Below are positions 20,039 to 30,455 of a stretch of DNA of 40,007 nt, in pieces. Position 1 is the first letter of the stretch. Every line of letters begins with the position of its first letter. Origin of the DNA: Craspedostauros australis (taxonomy: Eukaryota); contig JALAGF010006637.1 in the NCBI GenBank assembly GCA_030167865.1, positions 62,001-102,007 on the forward strand, given 5' to 3'. Position numbers and translations under genes: made by a program. The notes under the pieces were generated by a model that saw nothing but the letters and a program-made list of their open reading frames with translations, made no database searches and had not been told where the DNA came from.

Positions 20039-23000
20039 GTTGTTGGGCCGTGTGTTGGGCTGTGCCAGGGATGATGGTCTGTTGCCTTCTCTGTTGCCTA
20101 CCTCGCTCTCGCTTTTGCTCTCCCTTCTCTACTCCTCCTTTTGTTCGCGCGTTTCAAAGAGAGGTCTCAGATGCACCCGTTTGTCCCAGATTTGCAGATG
20201 TGCAGATACGCTCGTCTGTTTCTGCAACAGCTGATGGCGTGCCTGTTCCTGATGCAGTTGCTGCTGCAGTTGCTGATGTGATTGTCAATAGGACTTCCTG
20301 TCTCCAAGGCCAAGTTCACTTTGCTCACTTTTATGCACTATGCCAATGCGAGTACTCGTTGGGGGGATGCGCCTCCTGCCTCAGATGGATGGAGACTGGC
20401 AGCAGCAATTGGCAACGCGACTGTCTCTTCTGTGCTATCGACCCGCGCCTTGGTTGTCTGTGGGATGGGAAATGTCCGTCTGGTGTGGCTGCGAGTATGG
20501 TGACAACACGAGCTATGACAGTGTTGGGTTGTTGGATGGAGAGCGATAGCTCGTGGGAACAGCCGTCGATGTCGATGTCGTTGTGCCTGTGTTGTGTCGA
20601 AGTCACGGTGTTCGCTGATGTGCGATGCCGCGGGCTCAAAGACGGAGGATGTTGTGGGGAGGAGGCAAAGACTCGGGCACGAACGAGCGGTGTGCCTTCT
20701 TTTTGGTTCCGTTCGTGTTGGTCACCGTTGGCGGCGAGGGTTCTTCCCTTGCTTTTGGTAGTGCTCTTGTTGTCGTCGATGATCGTGGCGCAAACAAGAG
20801 GACGGCGCGAAATGGGCGACACAATTATGACCTCTGTGTGTGCGTGTGACAGGTGTCCTTATTGCTTCTCTCTGTTGGCTGCAAGTGTGGTGGGTGGAGT
20901 CCAAATAGGTCGTACTCCACGGCTACAGTACCAATCAACACCAAGGGACTTCTCTTTCTTCTGAGTTCAGATGCGCTGCACTCGAGAGCCGAGTAGGATC
21001 TCCTGTGCGGTGTGGCGTTTCTGGAACCTCTCTTCGATGCTCTCTTGGTGGGTGGGAGTCTTGGTTTCCCTGATGACCATGTGGGTGGTTGTGAGTGTGG
21101 GAGTGTGTGGGAGAGTGTGTGTATTGGTCACTATCCTGCGACTATCCCTGCGTTGGTGCTCCCCGAGGTGTCGGTGTCGATGCGGATGGTGCTTCCACCC
21201 TTGTTGTTGCGGTTCTTCGCCTTCGTGATTTTGGCTGCGATTTGGCAAAGTCACAATTGCACACCGTCGTGGCATCGGTGGTACCTGATGGAGGGTGTCG
21301 CTGCGTTGTTTGAGTTTCTTCTGTCATCGTCTCCCGCTTGTTGGTGGTGTCCATGTTCGCTGGCGCACAACACCGTGTCACAGTGGTTCTTCGCCTCCAG
21401 TGATGTCCCACATGCCACAGTAGTCGTGGGTGTACAAATCGGCACCACGCTGTTTTGTCAATAGTGTGTCCGTGTCAAAATACAATTCAAGCGTTAGTTT
21501 GCTATCGCAAATTCAGACACAACCAAGCCGCAACGACGAACTCGTGAGCGTGACAACGACAGACTCAAATCGGACACACTAAGGTTCCACACACTGGAAC
21601 TCTTGGTGCCAAAACGAGGTGATGAAACACGTGTTGGGTTGGAAGGTTCGATCGCGTTCGTTCGCAGTCGGAAGAGCGCGACATGACAGCGGATGAACGT
21701 GTCGGTGTGCGCCGAATCCAAAAACGGTATTGAGTGGGCTTATTCAACATGAGGCGTTCTGCGTGTCACATTCAGACACTTACTTATGTAGCCAAATGCA
21801 ATGTCTCCGTTGTCTTAGGCGGACCTCTTGTCGCTTGTATCACAACGGAACGAAATCTGTCGACCAAGGCTGTTTGGGTTGGTGAACGCCAAACTTCGTT
21901 GACGCTTTTCGGTCGATTTCACTCAGCTCTTCTCTGGGTTGTCAGGGTCAGTCCATCTTGCTTCGTCGTGTTGATTCGACGAAGAGGTGGAGGACGGCGG
22001 AGCCCTCTAGAGGTCCATGTCAAGTGTAGACCAGGTTTACTCACACAGAGGCCAATGCTCGCACTTCCATGACAGATCCGCAGCTGCAGGAATACAGGCG
22101 TGAGACAAGTCCAAGCCATCCTTCCCAATCTTCTGGACAGACTCGTTCATAAATCTCGAGAGATTTGGATGCAGGGCCTGCTTTCGCTTCTTTGAAAGCC
22201 TTTGTCACGACCGTTGGGCAATAAACTGCAGATTTATGTCCAGAGCACAAAGGAGGCTCTGCTCTGTCTTCAACGACTATAGGTGTGATGAAGACAATCA
22301 GCCAGACATCCAATCGAGCGATCTGCATCCAATCCATAGTCGTAATACTCTGGCTGCGAAGATGGAGCTAGAGGGGGGTGCAAATTGGATCGCATGGAGC
22401 CTCCTTCATCGCTATCTCCAACTCTGTGCAAAGACCGCTTCTTGCTCGTTTGCTACCAACTACCGTTTCGACAAGCTAGTATCTTGACAGAGAATGTGGG
22501 CCTGATGTGCTCCCACAAGACCTCTCCGGAGCTGTTCGCGCTTTCTTTGCGTTTCGCCACGTCTGGACTGGCGGTTCATCACCTCAATGTTCGCGTCTCA
22601 TGTAGTACTCTTTGAGATACCAACATCGATACTATATCCAGCAATCAAGGTACTAGTAGTATCAACCCGAGTACTATATTACTGCAAACACAGAGTCATT
22701 CCAACGATGCCCAGGATGACTGCGGGTGACATCATGCAGAACGAGGCGACAGAAAACCGCGAACCTTCGTGCACAAAGATCGTATCCTGTGGCTGTGGTG
22801 GCGGTTGCGCTTCACATCCGCCTTCACGCACGAATACAGGAATGCGGCACCGACCAAAATCCACAAAGACGGACGACAACAGAGGATCCGGCTGCTGCCT
22901 CCCCCTCGCCTTTCTTCGCCCCTCCACCGACAAAGGCCATCTGCGTTGCGGACTTTCGCTGAACCTTTGCAGCAGTCGGGTGGACAGCCTCTCTCTCTTT

Positions 23001-23534
23001 CGTGAGTCTCGTGAGTTTCGTGGTGGGTTGAGAGTCAGGCTGTGCGCCGCAATTGTCCCAGGAAGGCATCATCATCATAGTCGTCGCTCAAAGGCATCAT
23101 CAAGGCGAGGCATACTTACGTGCATGCGGCTCCGCTCTCCATCATTGCGCCATCCTCTCTTACACCATACCAATACTGCGGTCTGCATTGTCTTACGAGC
23201 CACTCGTCCTGGCATTCATCACCACGACATCCATCACCATCACACATCCCATCAGCGGCAAGAACAACGAGGATAGGAACAATAAGAGTAGTAGTAAGAA
23301 CGAGAACTGCTGAGAGGTGCCACCGCAGAAGTCGCCACTTGACAGACAGATACGCACAGATACGCACGACAGCTACTCCATAGCTTGCAGCTTACGCATA
23401 GTACCATCCACATTGCTGGCAGGTGAAGTATTATATTCTATAACGTTACAATATATTGTAGAATAGGTAGTATTATAGGTAGCATAATATAATATAATAC
23501 AAGCAGACCAAGAAGACCCAGAAGACCAAGCACC

Positions 23535-26500
23535 ATGGCGTCCGCTCCACCAAGATCGGTGGTCTCGTTCCTGGAGGTGGACGGGAAGGTGATCAGCGGC
23601 GAAGCCTTCGACGAGTACTGCAAGTCCCATGGACTGTGCCGTCGCTGCGCGCGCGTCAGAACGCATCGGCGGATCGTCAAGCTCTTTGGGAAAGGGAAGA
23701 AGTGGGAGCCGCTCACCATCTTTCGTGATGACGACGACGACGACGACCACGATGGCAACGGCAATGGCAATGGCAATTCGGAGGAGTACCTCGTTTACAA
23801 GGGATACTGCATGCAGCCCACGTGCTACACCATGGGCCAAGCCAAGCGCTTGCTGGGGGAAGGAGCCAACAGCTCCAACGGCCGACGATCATCGCGGCGC
23901 AACAAGCTCTCGCGCCGTCTGCGCAAGCGTCGCCCGTCCAAGCGCACCGAGGAAAACGAGGAGTCCTCCGTCTCCTCCGATGTCAGCACGACCAGCTCGC
24001 GCAGCTCCAGCAGCATCCTCAGCAACCTGGGCCAGCGGTTTCGGCGCGGCGGCAGGCAGAAGCGTCGCAGCACGGCCTCCTCCACCGGGTCCGCCGCCTC
24101 CTCCGTCAGCAGCATGGACTTCTCGGACGATGACACCATCGACAGCCGCCTGAGTTCGGCATCGACCACGGGCGACGCCTCTTCGGCGCTATCGCTCGCA
24201 CCGGGGCAGGTGTCTCCCATCGTCGAGCACCGGCTGGAGCAGCTCATCATGTACGACTACTTCACCGTCCTCGACCTCAGCAAGGTGGAGCTGCGAGTCG
24301 AGGAGATCGCGTCCATGACGAAGGCGCTGGAGAAGGCAACCACGCTGGAGTCCGTCATCTTGGATCGCTGCAAATTGCAAGACGAAGGCCTGGAGACCAT
24401 CGTCCAGGCCCTCCTCGACGCCAACCACGTCGGCATCCGCAAACTCAGCCTGCGCCAGAACACCATCGGCAACCGCGGTGCGTTGGCCCTCGCAAAACTA
24501 CTCAGGCAAAGCGCACTGCTGGAAGAGCTCGATCTCAGCGAGAACACCGTCAGCTCCGTCGGCGCCGTCGCCATCTTCTCGGCGCTGCACCACGTGGCGC
24601 AAAACCTCTCGCCCAACAACGTCTCCAGGCTCGTGCATCTCAACCTGGCGCAGAACGAAATCTGGGATCTAGACGACGGCAGCCTCCTGCGCAACACAAA
24701 ATCGCTGCAAATCCTAAACCTCGACGGCAACTTCATGCACGACGAAGGCGCAGACCAAATCGCGACCTCCATCTCCGAGAACCCCGACTGCCGCTTGGAG
24801 AAGCTCTTTCTGGGATGGAACGGCATCTCCGATGATGGCGCGACGGCGCTCTCCAAAATGCTCGAGGTTAACCAAACCATCCAGGTCCTCGGCCTGGCAG
24901 AGAACGACATCAGCAACACGGGCGCGAGGGCCATCCTGTCGGCGCTGTCCATCAACACCAGCGTAAGGGAGATCAGCGGTCTGTATCACAATCAGATTGA
25001 CCGGAAATTCATCATCGTGGCCATCAAGCGGCTGCTGCACCGATACGGTGATCGAAATTCGTCACAACAAGAGCAGCAAGCAGAACCGCAAGCCGCAAAG
25101 CCGGCGCAGAGCGCGGCAGTCCCCGACAACAAGGATCCGCAGGAGCAACATCCAGCGCCAACACAACCCGGACCAAACAATACTGCAGCGCAAGGTGAAA
25201 CGCAGCAAACTGCAGGCGCCGACGACGCGTCTCAAACATCCGACAATTCTCTCAACTGGGCTGCGCAGGTGTACACCTCAGCAAACGTGGAGGAGAGGAC
25301 GGATGAACCACCATACGATGGCTACGGCGGTCGCAGCTTCAGCAACGGCGGCATGGTGAAGAACACTGTCGCGTTGGAGGCCATCGAGCATTGGGATTGG
25401 GGGACGTTTGGCATTGAGGAGATTGACGGTTCCAACGACGGCGAACAGACGCACGTCATCACGACATCCATTGTCCCGCCTGTTACCACGGCCGCACCGA
25501 GTCTGCAGATGCCGGACATGGACGACGACGACGACGATGATGATATCGCGGGTGCCTACGATAACGGTCTCAACTACGGTTCCGGCGGGGCGGCCCCGGA
25601 TGGTACCATGCCGAAGGATCGCCTCACCATCTTCCAGTCGGCACCATTGGCGTACTTCAACATGCACACCGCGCAGCACCATGCGGTGCCGCTCATGGAC
25701 TTCGAGTACGAACGGCAGGAATTGCGACAGGCGTTGGAAGACCCGGAAATCTTGGGTTCCGAAATCGAGCTCAAATTCGAAGTGGCGACGGCGGATCGTT
25801 TGCAGAACTTCTTCGCCAACGGCGACAGCCCCATCATGCACTTCTCGGGTTATGGCAACCCCGATTGTTTCGCGTTGGAGAACGGGTTCGGGTACATGAA
25901 GGCGCTGCCAACCATGGAACTCAATCGGTACATCAGTGGGACACGACGCGTTCAGGTGGTCGTCGTGTCAGCGCATCACAGTCGATCTGTCGCGGACGCC
26001 TTCATCCAGGCGGGCATCCCGCATGTGGTGTGCTGCCAAACGGATGCTGCGTACCGCGATTCTGTGTCGGTGGAATTCACCAAACTCATGTACCAAGAGC
26101 TGGCGCGCAACAGCACGTTGCAAGCGGCCTTCCGTTCGGCGCTGGACGGCGTCACCAAGTCACCCCTCGTGAAGAACGTGCGCAACCTGGCAGATAAGTT
26201 CAAGTTGCTTCCCGAGCATCCGCCCAGCACGCGGTACCATGACGTGCCCGTCCTCTTCCGAACCAACATTTCTGACCTGCCGGACGACAACCTCGTGGAG
26301 GAGCCCGACACCAGCTGGTTGCCACCGGTGCCGAGCCAATTCCTGGGACGCGAGGTTGACATGTACGAAATTCTGGAATCGCTGCGCGTAGATGACGTCG
26401 TTCGCGTCGGCGGGGTCAAGGGCTCCGGCAAGGCCAGCGTGATTTCGGCCGTGAGCAGGTACGTCCTGGCACGCCCGGCCTCGTTCATGATCAGCAATGT

Positions 26501-28250
26501 GTTTTGGTTGCCCGCAGTTCCCGACGTGACGCCCGAGGAGGATTCGCTGTACGGTGATCTGTGCCACATCATGTCGCTTCTCCTCAAAGCGGAAGAAGAT
26601 ATCTGGGAGGAGGAGGACTACTCGGACACCAGGGAACGCATCATGGTAGAGCTGGAGGACCAGAAGTCGATCTTCGTCGTCGATGGTCGCCACTTCACCA
26701 CGGAGGCCAGTGGAGAGAATCTGGAGCGCTTCCTCGGCTACCTCCTCAACGAGGCCAGCGTCAAGGTCATTCTGGTGACAGCCACGGACAACGCAAAGGG
26801 CGGCGCAGGCCGTACGCGCACGTCGCGGTCCGAGGAGACGATGGTGTCCATCGGTGCGCTGGATTTCCAGTCATCCGCGCTTCTGTTCGGTTCCAACTGC
26901 CAGTTCGTCAAGGAGAATGGCACCCCCGCCGCATACACCGCCGAAGAGTTTGCATCCGTATTGGTCCCACCATCGATAGCCAACTGCGCTGAACCCAGCA
27001 AGAACACCACGCTGCGGCAGCAGCAGCTCTACCTGCGCGTGGGAAACGGCAATCCGAAGAACATCATCGACGTTGCCACCGTCATCCCGGAATCCGACTT
27101 CACCGACATCCTCCGTATCGCCCAGCGACCTGAAGTTCATGTGGATTCTTCGTCCACGCTGGAGATTGCCGTGGCGAAGTACGCCAAGATGAAGGACAAG
27201 GCCATCAGGACGCACAACTACCGACGCGCCACGGACTTGGCGGACATCTTGAAGGAACTCGACGACCTGAAGGCCAACCACCGCAGCCTCGCCGACCTCA
27301 TATCCAAGGAACGCGAGCTGAAGCGCGAGCTTGCCACCGTGCTTTCCAAACGCGAATATGACGAGGCCAACGTCATCAAGCGCAAGCTGCTGACGCTGAA
27401 GCGCACCATCATGAAGGAGAAGAACGCGCGGCAATCCGCCGTGCCCGACACCAGCAGCAGCGCGACCGCAAAGTTGGAAAAGCTCAAGATGCAGATGGAC
27501 AATATGCTCGCCATGGCCGAGCGGATGAAGATGGAGAAGTCGTTGACGGAGCTCGATGCATCGCAGAAGCTGGAGGATGATTCGGAGAGCGCCGCCTTTG
27601 CGATCAAGAGGGAGGATCACACCTGCATGTTGCACATCAAGCACGGCAATCCGCTGTCGTCCCAGTCCAAGGACGGTGCCAGCGGCCTCGTGGTGTGGAC
27701 GAACGAAGCATGCGACTTGACAGTCAATGACGTGAGCAAAGATGTACTGACGGCTGGAGGGATGCCGTTCACCCAGGACTTGAGCACGTTGCCTGCCATC
27801 ATGGAAACGGAATGGGGACCCGTGAAGGTTGGCACCGGAGAGGCTCTCATGGTGGGGCCCAAAGCATACGGTACCCTTTCCGCAAGCTTCGTCATTCTCG
27901 CAGTAAGTCCGCTGTCACCATCGAACGATGACGATGATTGGGACAAGGACAGCAACCGCGACGAAGATGCTCTCCACTTCCTCGACATGACGTTGCGCTC
28001 CTCGTACCGGTCCTCGTTCGGCAAGATCAACACCGGTGCCATGGCATCCGTCGTTATCCCGATGATCACGACCAGGGAACGCGGTGAAGCCTACGAACGC
28101 TCCCTTCGCGTAAGCCTCCAGTCCATCATCGACGAAGCCAAATTCTCCAACCTCAAGCACGTACACTTAGTGGCCAATTCCCCCGCGGAGGCGACCAAGC
28201 TGATCAAGATGGTCCTTGGCATGGGTCTTGCCTGCACGGGCACGGCATAA
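23535..28250 (+). CDS. NLR/STAND-like multidomain protein, paralogue 3 (1571 aa)
   Basis: YCKSHGLCRRCA...GYCMQPTC; LRRs (~24265-25040); CHAT IMHFSGYG / VVVVSAHHS (~25615-26260); PSQFLGRE and GVKGSGKAS (~26409-26438), IFVVDG; UVR-like AIRTHNYRRA and VLSKREYDEA; Macro (LVVWTNEAC, VGTGEALMVGP, VILAVSP). ATG in caccATGgcg context. Confidence 0.9.
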   Translation: MASAPPRSVVSFLEVDGKVISGEAFDEYCKSHGLCRRCARVRTHRRIVKLFGKGKKWEPLTIFRDDDDDDDHDGNGNGNGNSEEYLVYKGYCMQPTCYTMGQAKRLLGEGANSSNGRRSSRRNKLSRRLRKRRPSKRTEENEESSVSSDVSTTSSRSSSSILSNLGQRFRRGGRQKRRSTASSTGSAASSVSSMDFSDDDTIDSRLSSASTTGDASSALSLAPGQVSPIVEHRLEQLIMYDYFTVLDLSKVELRVEEIASMTKALEKATTLESVILDRCKLQDEGLETIVQALLDANHVGIRKLSLRQNTIGNRGALALAKLLRQSALLEELDLSENTVSSVGAVAIFSALHHVAQNLSPNNVSRLVHLNLAQNEIWDLDDGSLLRNTKSLQILNLDGNFMHDEGADQIATSISENPDCRLEKLFLGWNGISDDGATALSKMLEVNQTIQVLGLAENDISNTGARAILSALSINTSVREISGLYHNQIDRKFIIVAIKRLLHRYGDRNSSQQEQQAEPQAAKPAQSAAVPDNKDPQEQHPAPTQPGPNNTAAQGETQQTAGADDASQTSDNSLNWAAQVYTSANVEERTDEPPYDGYGGRSFSNGGMVKNTVALEAIEHWDWGTFGIEEIDGSNDGEQTHVITTSIVPPVTTAAPSLQMPDMDDDDDDDDIAGAYDNGLNYGSGGAAPDGTMPKDRLTIFQSAPLAYFNMHTAQHHAVPLMDFEYERQELRQALEDPEILGSEIELKFEVATADRLQNFFANGDSPIMHFSGYGNPDCFALENGFGYMKALPTMELNRYISGTRRVQVVVVSAHHSRSVADAFIQAGIPHVVCCQTDAAYRDSVSVEFTKLMYQELARNSTLQAAFRSALDGVTKSPLVKNVRNLADKFKLLPEHPPSTRYHDVPVLFRTNISDLPDDNLVEEPDTSWLPPVPSQFLGREVDMYEILESLRVDDVVRVGGVKGSGKASVISAVSRYVLARPASFMISNVFWLPAVPDVTPEEDSLYGDLCHIMSLLLKAEEDIWEEEDYSDTRERIMVELEDQKSIFVVDGRHFTTEASGENLERFLGYLLNEASVKVILVTATDNAKGGAGRTRTSRSEETMVSIGALDFQSSALLFGSNCQFVKENGTPAAYTAEEFASVLVPPSIANCAEPSKNTTLRQQQLYLRVGNGNPKNIIDVATVIPESDFTDILRIAQRPEVHVDSSSTLEIAVAKYAKMKDKAIRTHNYRRATDLADILKELDDLKANHRSLADLISKERELKRELATVLSKREYDEANVIKRKLLTLKRTIMKEKNARQSAVPDTSSSATAKLEKLKMQMDNMLAMAERMKMEKSLTELDASQKLEDDSESAAFAIKREDHTCMLHIKHGNPLSSQSKDGASGLVVWTNEACDLTVNDVSKDVLTAGGMPFTQDLSTLPAIMETEWGPVKVGTGEALMVGPKAYGTLSASFVILAVSPLSPSNDDDDWDKDSNRDEDALHFLDMTLRSSYRSSFGKINTGAMASVVIPMITTRERGEAYERSLRVSLQSIIDEAKFSNLKHVHLVANSPAEATKLIKMVLGMGLACTGTA

Positions 28251-28902
28251 AGTGCATGCCGCGTGGATGTCCATCAAGGTTGCCCATCATGGTGTGAACA
28301 TAACGCAGGGGAAGCGACGTCAAACAGCCAGGATGACCGGCACCACAATCCAACAAAACAGAACAAAACAAAACAACACGATACCATACAAATGCAAACA
28401 CAAGAGTAGGTAATCCAACGTACGAGTAGAGTGCAGCAGATGAACAGCGCTGGTATTCCCAAGAGTCGGCGGTTCAACATTAAGCCTAGATTCGATGGTT
28501 TCCAAAGGGGGTCATTCCGTCTTCCTCATCTTGCCTGTTGGTGCTCGGGATGTGGCGGCATCATCTGCCTCGGTGTGGCTTGATCTGCGTTGGTTGCATG
28601 TTCGGGAGGAACGAGTTTTGGCGCCAACGTGGAGTTTCGGAAGTTGTAGTCGCATTAGTCGCAACCGTGGATATTTCGTTGGTTTTCTGTGCAAATCCAC
28701 GATCCAAAACCAAGACCGCACACATTCGCTCCAGGGATGCCACAAGACAGGAGAAAAGCCGGATTCGGCCTACCGCAAACGACACAACTGCGGAAGGTCG
28801 CATACCTGTGGAGCAACGTTGCACAAGAGCACACATTATTCTGGAGTAATCCAACACCAACACCAAAAGCAAGGACACATCGTCTCGCACAGCTATCGAA
28901 CA

Positions 28903-30027
28903 ATGAGCAACGTGCACGGCCTCTTCAGCGGGCGCAACAACGACGAAGAGTCGGACGATGATGACAGCAGAGACAACAATCGCTTTGTCGGTGGCATCGA
29001 TTCTCGCGGGGGAGGCAGGTGAGTGATGATCAATGTGAGGCAACACGAGGCAACACGAGGCACGTCATGGAGCGATGCACTGCGATACGCTGTGGCGTGG
29101 GATTCGTGTGATGGAACGCATGGTCGGCTCTCCTGGTGGTCATCATGGATAGGGAGTGGCTGCGTTTGCTGTCCACGCTGCCCGCGGTTCATTCTGGCAT
29201 GTTCTCAAAATGATCGCAGACCCCATGATATAATATTGTATAATCGCATGATCCGAGCAGGTACCTGACTCTCCGTTTCTTCTCGCAACTTTGGACAACA
29301 TGTTATCGCAACCAACTCCCGTTGGTTGCTCCGAGCAACTCTGCTGAACTCAACGCAACGCAACGCAACTTAATCCACCTCAACTGAATCGCATAACAGC
29401 GGTCTCGCCGTTGAACCAAACATGAGCGGCATGCCCCGCGATTCCATCTTCAACACGGCGGAACAGGCCGGTGCGGAGGAATCCGAAAGCATCCGGCGGA
29501 CGATCACCATGTACCGCGATGGATTCGTCGTGGATGACGGTCCCTACCGACGTTTGGACGATCCCGAGAATGCGCCCTTCCTGCGAAGTCTCGCGCAGGG
29601 ACGCACGCCCACGGAGCTGTTCGGGGACAGCGAGCCGCAGGACGTGTCGGTCGGTTTGGTGGACAAGCGCGATCAGGAGTACGTGGAGGAATTCCGCTCC
29701 TTCAGCGGCGCCGGGCAGTCGTTGCGATCGGAAGCCAGCGCGGTGACCGGGAACACCGTCGACCCATCGACTCTGGCGGAAGCTCCGGAGACGGACGCTT
29801 CTCGGCCAACGACTTCCATTCAGGTACGATTGCCCAACGGGCAGCGCAAGGTGATCAAGGTCAACCTGGACTCGACCGTTCTGGTGTTAGCATCGCATCT
29901 GCGCGGTGCCGTCGACGCTCCGTTCCGTCTTATCTCAGGCTTCCCGCCCAAGCCGATCGAAGACTTCAATGCCACTGTTGAGGCGGCGGGATTGAAGGGT
30001 GCGCAAGTGAAGGTGGAGAAGGCATAG
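28903..30027 (+). CDS. SEP-SHP-UBX domain p97/CDC48 cofactor (p47/p37/Shp1 family), 2 exons: 28903-29018 + 29400-30027, 247 aa, no UBA domain
   Basis: SEP domain (ITMYRDGFVVDDGPYR...PENAPFL..LAQGRTP.EL), SHP box FSGAGQSL, UBX (TTSIQVRLPNG...GFPPK...AAGL). Splicing joins ...FVGGIDSRGGG-S-GLAVEP, restoring the family GG..SGLAV.P motif. Confidence 0.9.
29019..29399 (+). other. Spliceosomal intron (381 nt, phase 2)
   Basis: Donor AG|GTGAGT at 29019 and acceptor AACAG| ending at 29399. Removing it keeps the frame and rebuilds a conserved motif. Confidence 0.85.
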
Positions 30028-30455
30028 AGTAAGTGCGACTGCTGCGAGGAATCTAGCGCAATCACAATGCACAGGCACGCATGTACACACGAATAGGCAT
30101 ACACATATTCCAGGCGTCGATATCAAGCCATAGCGTGTGATACCGTGCCGATGAACAACTGCAGCACACTACCTTTGCCACAACTGGCACTGGACAAGAG
30201 GCCAGCTGAGCGTATGGAAGAAGCGACCATGAAATTGTGTTTTTTGCTGAACAAAAATAGATTTGAATGCTCCAGTCTTACGTACGTATGTGTGCCAGCC
30301 CATTCTCCTCCATGCCATAGTCACCAATGAGTGAAAACACGTACTGCACGACGATAATTACCAATTTCAATACTACTAGCACTCTTTACTCCACTATTAA
30401 CATGAGGGACGACATCAAGAACGAAAGGCGCAGTGTTTTGCTGCATCTCCTGCTG

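Noticed and set aside
20020..20964. 314-aa Cys/Val/Leu-rich plus-strand ORF, and the 229-aa ORF at 22587-23276
   Set aside because: Their composition reflects GT-rich or CA-rich leader sequence; they lack the codon bias of real genes here and show no domain signal.
28251..30027. Functional link between the UBX/p97 cofactor (or EMC5) and the NLR-like cluster
   Set aside because: Adjacency alone is weak evidence in a eukaryotic genome; both look like ordinary housekeeping genes.
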